Assembly: GCA_943704425.1 (NCBI GenBank)
Contig: CALSCP010001405.1
Location: 25,176 to 84,636 of the forward strand
DNA: 59,461 nucleotides
Direction: 5' to 3'
DNA from: Ministeria vibrans ATCC 50519
Taxonomy: Eukaryota > Protista > Filasterea
A program made the position numbers and the translations under genes. A model generated the notes under the pieces. The model searched no databases, was not told the origin of the DNA, and saw nothing but the letters and a program-made list of their open reading frames with translations. How positions within the stretch are numbered: the first letter of the stretch is position 1; each line of letters starts with the position of its first letter. Positions 43,856 through 59,461 of this stretch are shown piece after piece.

Positions 43856-46640
43856 ATCGGGGAACGATCAAGATTCATCGGACGAGAGCGCTACCACAGT
43901 GACTGCTGACGTTAACCAAAGCGATCAAGCGAGTTGCCAATGTACCATCAATGGACAGCTTCTTGAGAGTGTCATTTTTCGCAACTCGTCCGTTTTTCTG
44001 TTTTATTCAACTCACGACTCCCGACTCATTTCACACACAGTTTTTTCACACTTTTTTTATATTCACTCTGTTTTTGTACTACCATGTCGACAGGAGAGGT
44101 ACCAGTTCGGCGCAGCATACTGCGGGATATCGATCCAACGCGGCACCTCAGCGATCGTTTGCCAATTGATGTCGTTGGGGTAACGCGAAGAGGACGGCTG
44201 CACAGCGAAATGGCAGACGCCGACCCCGCGTACGCCGGCCAGTCAGCTGGCTCGTCTCTGACAAGCTTGGTCGACACACCGGCGTTTTCCACTTCGGGGT
44301 TCGCCGATGTCACATCGTCGTTTTTGCTTGGTGACGAAAGCGCCGCCATCGCCGCCACCAAGAAACGCCGGCTCGACTCGTCCGACTTGATTTTTCAGCA
44401 AAGGCGCGCCCAGTATTTCAATTCGGATCTCTATAGCGAGCGCCAGTCTGCCGATAGCGGATCCACACCCACCCTTTCAAATTTGACATCGCCATTACCG
44501 AGCCCATTTTCGACTGCACTTTTTACGTCCACTACCGACACCGCACCTCCTACTGCCCCGCCCGCCGCCGCAGCCTCCACCGCTGCTGCTTCACCACCTA
44601 GTGCTGTTGCAGTGCCAATGTCACCTGTGTCAGCACACTCTACATCAAGCAGACAAGCACCCGATCCTCGGCGTTACGTTGCTCCAACGCCACGACAGTG
44701 CTCTTCCCCGGCTTCGGCGCGTTTATCTACCGAGGCCAATCTCTCTTCGCCCCTTTCAAGCACACTTGACGTCCCCCCTTTGCCTGCCTTTGAGAGCTCC
44801 ACTGGCGACGGCCATAGCCCCGCGACTGTTTCGACCCAGTCAGGTTCGGACGAGCCGACCGAGGACCAAGTTATGGCTGAGCCAACTTCCGTCAATACCA
44901 ACAGCAGCACCGCTAACATGAACAGCATGGGATCGGAAGTCGAGGAAGGCACAGGGGTCGAGGAAGGCANNNNNNNAAGTCGAGGAAGGCACAGGGGTCG
45001 AGGAAGGCGCAGGGGTAGGCGCAGACGACGGAGAAGAAGATGATGATGAGGATGATGAAGCAGAAAATGAGGAAGATGGAGAGGAAGAAAGCAGCTTTGA
45101 GGCTGGAATGCAGGCGGACGATGCTGACGAGGAGGATGTCGAGGCTGAGAGAGCTGTACGTGACCGATTTTCTCGCGCTACTGCGGCGCGAACAATCGGG
45201 CGCATACCGAGCCATGGTCCTCACTCAATGTCCCAGGCGAAGTCGACTCTGCGCATCACTACCGTGCATGGTGGTGAACTTGAGGCACTGAAAAATCTCA
45301 TCAGCCAACAATCTAACCTTGATTTCTTCGACTCGCGTACCTCTCTCTTGGTACGATACGAAGGCGATCGGGGAATCGATCAGGGTGGTCCATCACGCGC
45401 CTATCTTGCGACCGTCTTCAATCGTCTCACCGCTGGCTTTGATCAGTCGCGCGCTCCCGACCTTCTTCCCGAACTCCCTTCCCAACAAAAACTTTCTTCT
45501 CGCCGTCACGAGGATCTCCGTTTGTTGGGTCTAGCAATAGGATTGTCGCAGGGCACGAGCGACTCGGGTATCCGGGAAATTCTCCCCTTCAACATTGCAA
45601 CTCTGTTCTTTCAGGTGCTCTTCGAAGATACTGTGGGGGCTTATCTCAATTTCAGCGAAGGTATTCAAGCCTCGAATTCCACTGCTTCCCACACCAGCGT
45701 CTTCCATCGACTTCATGACCAAAACGCGTTCGAGGTAGTCGAGCGAATGCACGCACTCGAAAAGGAGACACTTCGTCTGCTCCCTCACTTTGCCAGTGTG
45801 CTCGCTCGTCTCGAAACGCTATCAAAACCGGTTCATGGTGATGAAGTAACGCCATTGACGACACCTCCTAACTTTGGCAGTGCAACTGCCTGGCTCGCCA
45901 AACACGATGAAACCCTACTGATGGAGGTTGAGGCGGTGCTCGAGCAGCTCGGCATGCCCAACGAGCTTGACCTTGCCTTGTGCCTGCCCATCACACCCAA
46001 CTCGCTCTACCGTCTGCAGCAGAGTGTGACGCTTTCATTTCTCACACAGCTGCGCACTGCCGCCATCGACGTGGGCGAAGGCATGGGTATGAAGACGCTT
46101 CATCACATGCGCTCGTGTGTCGCGGCACGCGAACGCTTTTATCGCCACATGGCCGCTGGCAAGTCTTTGTCTCTCGATTCTCTTTTACGCGCGCTGCGTC
46201 GTCGTACCCCACGCTGTGCCTGTCGCGATCGTGCTAACATTGGATGCAGCCACATCTCCAATATTGTGTACGATGGGTTCGTGGCGGCCGTGCGCCGTGT
46301 CTGTGGCAACTCCGAGGCGCACCGTCGCGCCTTCGTCCAGTACATGACTGGCAGTCCGATGCTGGTACGCAGCCAATCTATCGACGTGGACGTGCGTCTT
46401 TGTGTCACGGGCACCTACCAGGGTGCACAAGCACGACGCAACCCACGTGACGTTCACGTTTGCACCTGCGCTCGCTCCCTCACCTTCTTCTCGTCGGCTG
46501 TCGCCACCCTTATCCACCTGCCCGACGACGTGACCAAGCCAGCCGTACTCAGTGCCAGTGCGCCCGAATGGCTTGATTCACTAATTCTCTCATATGTCAC
46601 GGCTGCTCAGACGGGCCCTGTCACATTCAACATGGCCTAG
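43856..46640 (+). CDS. Divergent HECT-domain E3 ligase-like protein with a long disordered N-terminus. Small gap at 44970-44976; start uncertain
   Basis: LLVRYEGDRGIDQGGPSRAY (HECT start), LRLLGLAIG, RRAFVQYMTGSP, VCTCARSL (catalytic Cys region). Confidence 0.65.
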
Positions 46641-46877
46641 CTTTAAAATGGTCTTCATCACACCGTCATTAGTAAACATATTTGACTTATTTGACTTACA
46701 CTTTAGACTTTACTCTTTACTCACTTTGGAGTACACAATTTGTTTTCGAACTTTCGTCGCCTTTGGAACTGTCCAAGACTCAGCCTCAGCTTGTGTCTCT
46801 GTCGCGTCTGTTCGCCTCGTCTCTGAGTTTCCTTCTGGTGAACTTCGCATCGACAATCGCAAGCAACCCAAGCAAAG

Positions 46878-49714
<2,837 letters not shown>

Positions 49715-49992
49715 GGGATAAGTAAAATATTGATTATAATTTGTGAATAATTGTATAAGAGGGGCAGTAACTGGAATCTGAACGTCTCAATCTGGTCTTA
49801 GAGTTGACTCATGACTCGACTGACCGAGTCGCACATGGTGGTACGCAAGGCGCGCTGTCACCCTTTGTGTTTCGACTTAACACTCCGTATAAGACATTAC
49901 GTATATTCAAGTCAACTGGCAAGGACCTAATCGTTAGTTAACAGTTCGTTACATTTATTTTTTTTACCTTACGTCCTCGTTGTGTATGCCCA

Positions 49993-52730
<2,738 letters not shown>

Positions 52731-52898
52731 TTCAATAAAGAATGTCTCATATACACCAGTTGAAAGAGTGAAATCTTTTCAATTCATACTACTAGTTCCT
52801 CAGTTTACTCAATTTAAAATTATTTTCATCTCTTTACTCTCTCTCTCTCTATCTATCTCTCTCTCTCTCCTTTTCACACTCGCACCCTCACTACCACA

Positions 52899-55800
52899 TC
52901 AGAGGGCCCACGCAAAAAGACTCTTGAGCGAGACCGTCTTGTACGCGGACTCAGCCACCTTGGCGCACATGGCCCGGTACAGCGTCGCATATTCCGTCTG
53001 ATAGCGCGACGCAATCTCAATTGCCGTCCCTACTCAAATAATATCACGTCAATCACACTTTACACACACACACGCGCGCGCTCGACTTGCATACCCTTCT
53101 TCTCCTCCGTCAGCTTGCCAATGGCCATCTTCGTGTCAAACAATCGCTCGTAGTACATCAGCTGATTGTACAATTTGCTCCCGTCAAACTAAAGACGTAA
53201 TTTTACATTAATTATACATTTTAGTCGTATTATTTTTAATCTCAATATTTTAATGCAAACATCAAAGACCACAAACCAATGGTGTCTTATAGTCTTTTTG
53301 CAGAACGCGACTCAAATTGCATCTGGTTGTTCACATTTTATAACAAAAATAAATCGTACCTCCAGCCGTAACTTTCCTCGACACCCACTGGAGATGCAGT
53401 TGTAGCCGTCACCCACCTGCTGTGTCCGTCTCTCACATGCTGAATCATCGCCTACACAGTCAAACGGAAGAAACCCAAGTCAATCAAGTGGAAAAGTGGG
53501 CGCGTCCTCTTACATTGCGCCCAGCCGTCGTAGTGGCGTGCTGTGTGCTTGCGAATGAGCAGCGCAAGGCGGTTCCACAGCGCAATGGGATTCGCCAGGG
53601 TGCCACACTTGGGACACTGCAGTGACGAGACGAGCGGTGCTGGCCCCGTGACGTCGGTTGCAGCAGGAGTGGCATTCTCGCGAAACGCACCGTCAAGCAC
53701 AAAGTCGGTCTTGCACGCACGGCAGACCAGCGAGAGCTTGTCGACGTCACGGAAGCGCTCTTCGTCCGGCAAGTTAAAACGCGCAACGTCGTGCGCGTCG
53801 CGTGCGGCTTGGTCAGCGTCGTCACGCATAAACGACGACGCATCAAGTCCAAGGCACTCGGCGAGCAGCGACTTGTTGGTGCCCTCAATAGGATCGCACA
53901 GACGAGACACAAGCGGGTGCACCTGGTGCTTGAGATACCACGTCTTATCGGCCTTGTAGGGCGCGCCGTTGGGACCCGACGAGCGCGTCATGTCGTCCGG
54001 ATGCATCGCGCGGTTGGCTGGTGACGGGTCGTCCATTTCACACACCACATAGGGAATGGTGTCCCCTGCACGCACACTCTTGCCCTGTGCCTTCATGCGC
54101 AACGCCACTTGTACGTGCGCCTGCAGTTTGCGGTCGGCATACTCCTCCGGCGCCTTGGTGAGTCCTTTGTTGATGACAAATTTGCCAAGCGGCACACGCT
54201 CCTCTCGCACGTTCTCCGCCATCTGCTGCAAAAACTCGTGGATGCTCTCGACAAGCGACTCGCGCGGCATGTCCGACAGAATCTGATTCAACACAAAGTT
54301 TCCCGCGTCGTGTGACAGCTCGCACCAGTCGCGACGCACCACATCAATACCCTTGGTCTCCTTCTCCATGTGCAGCTCCTTGCCTCCCTGACCGTTGTCT
54401 CGCTCCACGATCATCAGTGCCGCATACTTCTTCTTCTGCAGCAACAGCATCGTCTTGTACACCCCGTCAATATCAATCTCCAGCTTTTTGTACAGCTTGT
54501 TCACCGCCACTTTCACCTACCACCCAGACAAACAAGTACATTACATTACATTATTTTCAGTGTGTGTTCTTCGCGTTTTTTTTTTAACACTTACCTGGTT
54601 GCCAATCTTGAGGACGTCTTCGTAGTCGGTGGAGCGCGAGTTGATCATGATGGAGTCCGTGTCACCGTAGATGACGTCGAGGTTGAGGTCGTTTTGTGCC
54701 AGATCCACAGTACGCTGGAGTGTCTCGCGACCCTTGCTTGTAATGAGCTGCGCGAGATGCTTCGCGAAGAAGCGCGAGTGAGCAAAACCGAGACAGCCGT
54801 ACATGCTGTTGGCCGTGAGCTTGAGCGCCTTCTGACGAATGTCCAGCTGCTGCAGCTTGGTCTTGCTCTGCCTGTGAGGATCCTTCTTGAGCTCGTCCTT
54901 GATGAGTGCCTTGACCTGTCGTCGGCGTTGCACCAGATTGTGAAGCAGGTGGGGCAGCACACCCGTGGGAATTTCCTCTTCGGGCAGCTCGGCGAGCATT
55001 TCGTCGTCGCCGGTCGCATTGGCACCGTGAGTCGGTCGCGTGATGGTCGTAAAGCAGATGTTGTACTCCTGAATGATGGACGGATAAAGCGAGTTGAAAT
55101 CGAGCAGCAGAATAAAGTGGTCGTAGAATCCACGCTTGGGCTCGAGCACAAGACCGCCCGAGTAAGCGGGCTTGCGACGCGACCGTTTGGGAGCGTCTGA
55201 CGCGTCGTTGTTGTTGTTGTTGTTGTTAGTATCATCGCCATCGTCGGCTGCTGCGGTCGCCTTGGCCTTGTTGGCAAAGGTCTTGTCGGGGCAAATAAAG
55301 CCGCGAGCGTAAAACTCGTGGAGGAGAAGATACTCGTTGCGCTCGGCACGACCTCCCGAAAGGGTGCGCGACCAAAGATTGCCGGCCGTGTTGGTGAGTT
55401 GTTTGGTGAGGGGCAGCACCGACAGCTTGAGCATGAGCTCGAAGATGAGAAAGGTGTCGTTTGCGTTGTAGTTGAGAAGGTGCAACAGGTCGGCGCCGTT
55501 GGAATACATGGTCGGGATGGTTTCAAAGTCCATTTTGGGCCGCTGCGTCTTGAGCAGGTGCTCGGACAATTCAGAGAGGCCGTACGACTTGTGGCGCACA
55601 AACTCGCGCGCAGACACCCAGGTGTCACAGATGATACGGCCACTGGCAACCTGACGCTCAGCAAAGGTGCTCTCGCCCACGCCGCCCGCGCCTGTCTGCA
55701 GCTTGGGCATTTTGCCGCGACGCAATCGACCAAGTTTGCTCCAGTGAAGCACCTTGAGCTGGCGCATGGCGTGCAGCAGCACGTCCAGATCAAAGCCAAA

Positions 55801-58477
55801 AAAGTTGTGGCCAAGGATGACGTCGGGGTCGCATCGATGGATGTGGGCGAGCACAAAGCTCAGCATAGCCGTCTCGTTCGCCTGCGCCTTGATGGGCAAC
55901 TGCTGTTGACGGACAATGTCCTGAAGATCAAAGGGCAGCGCAATTGTCGAGAGGGGTGTCACGGCCGTCACCACCTCGTAGTTTCGGCTCGCATTGGGCG
56001 TTGGACCGTCCGTATTGATAGCGCGATGCGTCGTCATGGTCACCGCCGCGATTTCATTGCGATGTGTCTGGCGATTGAGCACCGTCTTGAGCGAGAAACA
56101 CATGACGACGAGAGAGGGAGCCGGACCGGCCGACGAGGCGTCCACCACACGGATATGACCCGCCGGCTGCTTGATGGTGCCCTCGAGGCGACACCACGAG
56201 ACGCGACGGTCCGGCTTAGATGGGTTGACAATGTCAAGCCAGCCGGGACCCTTGAGGCCGTACTCGACAACGAGCAGCTCGAGCAGCGACGTCTGCGTGC
56301 CGAAGATGGTCGAGAAGGTGCGACCGCTCTGACCCAGCGGCAGTTGCGGGAAGGAGGCGTCGTAGCGCACCTTGAGGTACATGGCCTCGGCGGGCACGTC
56401 CACATTGTTCACCTCAAAGGCAAATTTACGCATCTCGCCCTTGGCCTGCATCGTCGTGATGCCATGCTTCTCAAGCAAATCGCTGATCTCCTCGTGCACT
56501 CGCTGCATCGTCACCGCCTGGTCCGTCACATTGCCCTTGTGGTCCACCTCAAACTCGCGCGGCAACACGTACAACGTGCGCTGCAGATGCTCCACCGACA
56601 AACAGCAGCTTTGGTGCGTTTGACTCGCCTCGTCGAGCACCTTGCCAAAGAGAAAGACGACACCCTTGGACGCAAAAGGGTCTTCGTACGCCTCGAGGTA
56701 GTAAAAGCGCAGCAGTTGCTCGTCGCCCACCTTGCTCAGAGGCAACGACGACGACGTGTCCAGCGATGTAGTAGGAGCTCGCACATGCGACGCCGCAGTC
56801 GATGTCGACGAGACCCCCTCGCCTGCCGCGTCCCCGTCAACAGCAGTTCCTGCCTTGTTGCGCATCCAATCCACATTGACCCCCATCAGTGTCGCCGGCA
56901 CATTCGTCTCACCATCGTCACCTTCATCGCTGTCTCCTTCGTCCGGGACGGCGACCAGTCGTGCACCGCTGCCAGCACCGCCTGCACCGGCACTGCCGGT
57001 CTTGCCACTGCTGTTGCCCCGGCTGAACCCTCCCTCCTCAAAGTCGCCTCCACCAAAGGCGGAGCGTTGGCGCTCCATTTCGGCGTCGCGACGCTCTGCA
57101 TCGGCAGCCGCTTCGTCGGCGGCGCGCACAGCCTCCTCTGGCAAACTTGTTGCAGTCATGCAGTCGAGGGCAAGCATGGCAGCGGCGGCGGCCGCCGCGC
57201 TCTTGCTGCTACCAGCGTTCTTCTTGCCACCCGCGCGTCGCTGCTTCTTGCCCACAAGCAATCCTTGCGTCAAGTACGCATCCTTGGCTTCGTTCATATT
57301 TCCCAACAGCGCCACATCGTCGTCGTTGCGGCGCTTGCGTCGCCCGGATGGTGCAGGTGCAGCAGGCGGTGACGCGTGAGCAGCAGTCGTCGAAGCAAGT
57401 GAACGGCCAAACGGATTGCCGCTGCTTGTGGAAGTCGTAGACGCTGTGGCTGTGGTGTTGACTGTTGCGGCTACAGTCGATGGGGCGCTCTTGGCTTCGG
57501 TGTATCCGCCAGACTCAAACAGCGAGGCTAAAAAGTCTGCGTTGCCTGGGGCGGTGGAAGAGTCGCCAGCGTTGTCGGTTGAGCCACCAAGGTCATCGTT
57601 GTCGGTGGTCATCATGCCCGGGCCAATCTGTTGTCCGCGCTTTGTGTGGGTGGTGCCCAAGAAAGCCTGGTTGATGCGTTTGACGGGCTTCTTGCGCGTC
57701 ATGTTGATGTCGCCGCGACGACGACCGCGACGGTCAATGGGCGCCATGTCGCGACGATGGCCGCCGCCGCCCTCTTCGTCGTCGTCCTCGTCCTCCCACC
57801 ACTCGCCTCCGTCGTCTGCATACTCGCCGTCCTCGTCGCCCGACACAAACTCTTCGTCTGCGCACAGATGAAATGTGTCAACCGACGGTGTCTCTGTCAC
57901 AGTGGGAGTTACCTCGTTGACGCGACTTGACGACTTTCGAGTAGCGGTCTTCGTCGACCACGTCGTATACATTCTCTTCCACCTCCATGTCGACATCTTC
58001 GCCACGCTTTAACTTTCTACATTTTGCACAGTGAACGATATGAGTTTTATTCCATTTTTTTTTCAATTTTGCGCGCGCAAATCAAAGGAAGGAAATGCCA
58101 GTCGCAAAGACGACTGAAGAGAACAGGAGCGTACCTGAGCATCGCAACCGCATCATCCTTGTCCTTTTGGCGCCGTCCGACCGCTCGTCGCGAACGACCG
58201 CGCACTGCAGTGCGGGAAAGAGAGGTGTCAGCAACAGCAACAGAAGAAAACGGACAGGGCAAGTGCAACGGGAAGGTGGGCGAACGGGGGATTGCCTGTG
58301 GCACACTGGCAGCGTAGACATGAAGGGGGGGTGGTCTTGGTGGCGATGAGAGCAGGATATGGTAAGTTGCAGGTCAGACTGTTTTTTTTTTGCTTCTTCT
58401 TTTCGTTGTGTTCGTTGTTGCATACCATCCTCGGTAACGGAAGCACGCACATCATCTTCGCTTCCACTATCACTCAT
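52899..58477 (-). CDS. POLA1: DNA polymerase alpha catalytic subunit
   Basis: VYDVVDED, RAERNEYLLLHEF, YSGGLVLEP, LDFNSLYPSIIQEYNICFTT, KLTANSMYGCLG, YGDTDS, KKKYAA, KGIDVVRRDW, and C-terminal zinc fingers. Confidence 0.97.
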
Positions 58478-58792
58478 GACTGAATAGAGAATGAGAAAAC
58501 GAAGAATAAGAGTAAACTTTAACTTGTAACTTGTAAGTCTTTGACTAATAATTTTATCAACTAAAAATAATTCATGAATAGTGACTGTAATATTTTGGGA
58601 ACTCTTACAAGTCCAATCTCATTCGTATGACTGGACAATGTGTGAAGAAAGACTGTCAAATACAGGGTCACACGGATGAATGCAATGAGCTATGACTCTT
58701 TAGCCGTACCCTCGCCGCTCGGGCCTCGGGATATTTTTAAGCTCGCTTGTGGAATAAAATTTATGAGTTTGTAACAAGGAGGGGTCGTTTGT

Positions 58793-59398
58793 TTATTGGA
58801 AGAACGTGGACGGACGCTTGGCGGTGTACTTGCTCTTGGCCTTGACGACGCGGTGAGCAAGGGGGAACTTGATGTTGGAGTCCTGTAAAGAAAGAAAAAG
58901 AAGGAATAAAATATTATTAGTGCGGTGGTCGCAATGAGAGGGAAACGAGCTGTATCGTACGTGGAACTCTGTGACAGCGGCGCGCTTGCAGTCCTTGGCA
59001 GCGACCTTGGCGACACGGACGATCTGGACCGAGCGACCGCGGACACGGTGGCGGGCAGCAAGATCACGGTAGCACTGGGTGACGGCCTCGTTGATGGTGA
59101 GGGCACGGAACTCCTTGCAGTAGTTGTGGGTGCCGGTGCGCGAGTCGTAACGCACGTGGACGGCGTAGTTCTCGACGCGGCCAGGTCGGGTCTCGAAGAT
59201 CTCGTTGACGGACATGATCTCGCCGTTGGCCTTCTTCAGGTTGCGCAGACGCGTCAGAAAGTACCAGAAGCGGCTCTTGGCAACCACCTCGTTGGGCGCG
59301 AACAGCTTCATGCGGAAGATCGCAGGGTGGGGGATCGTCTTCGAGGGCGATCGGCGTCCCACGACCTGGTACTGATGCAACACACCGCTGACCTTCAT
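58793..59398 (-). CDS. RPL18A: 60S ribosomal protein eL20 (L18a); intron at 58883-58960
   Basis: YQVVGR, FAPNEVVAKSRFWYF, RYDSRTGTHN, ARHRVR, IKFPL, KRPSTFF. Confidence 0.97.
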   Translation of the reverse strand: MKVSGVLHQYQVVGRRSPSKTIPHPAIFRMKLFAPNEVVAKSRFWYFLTRLRNLKKANGEIMSVNEIFETRPGRVENYAVHVRYDSRTGTHNYCKEFRALTINEAVTQCYRDLAARHRVRGRSVQIVRVAKVAAKDCKRAAVTEFHVRYSSFPSHCDHRTNNILFLLFLSLQDSNIKFPLAHRVVKAKSKYTAKRPSTFFQ

Positions 59399-59461
59399 TG
59401 TACTGCACAGAGAGAGTGCCGGCATGGCCGTCCAGCACGGTGAAGAAGCCCTGGCGCACGC

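Noticed and set aside
44937-45010. Duplicated GTCGAGGAAGGCACAGGG and a frameshift in the HECT gene
   Set aside because: It flanks a 7-N gap and is most likely overlapping contig ends or an unresolved 18-bp repeat.
55318-57372. 684-aa plus-strand ORF
   Set aside because: Antisense shadow of POLA1.
58883-58960. 26-aa insertion in eL20
   Set aside because: It is a 78-nt GT-AG intron that happens to be in frame.

Overview
Gene-dense, intron-rich eukaryotic draft-assembly window, not prokaryotic. It has GC-rich exons, short AT-rich or microsatellite-laden introns and five N gaps. The gene content (FoxK, PRIP-like PLC, SCYL3-like tail, SelH, UBLCP1, axonemal EFHC) suggests a unicellular opisthokont/holozoan-like protist; this is an inference. 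Recognisable genes: SCYL3-like 3' end, selenoprotein H (in-frame TGA plus SECIS), FoxK, C9orf85-like, CIR1, SAM methyltransferase, ATG18/WIPI, USP7, PI-PLC, EFHC, CLK/LAMMER kinase (5' part), Gfo/Idh/MocA oxidoreductase, DPM1-like GT2, divergent HECT ligase, UBLCP1, NDUFV1, POLA1 and RPL18A. Most notable: (1) a ~3 kb element bounded by inverted repeats that carries a spliced Myb/SANT-like gene but no visible transposase; (2) a PRIP/PLC-L-like phospholipase with three tandem PH domains and both catalytic histidines; (3) the USP7 MATH half-domain lying ~9.6 kb from its catalytic part with other genes in between; (4) a sense-oriented intronic TATCACTTTGTTTCT repeat; (5) three inferred GC-AG introns. 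Exon boundaries were inferred by eye, family calls come from remembered motifs rather than searches, and several junctions look like assembly artefacts.
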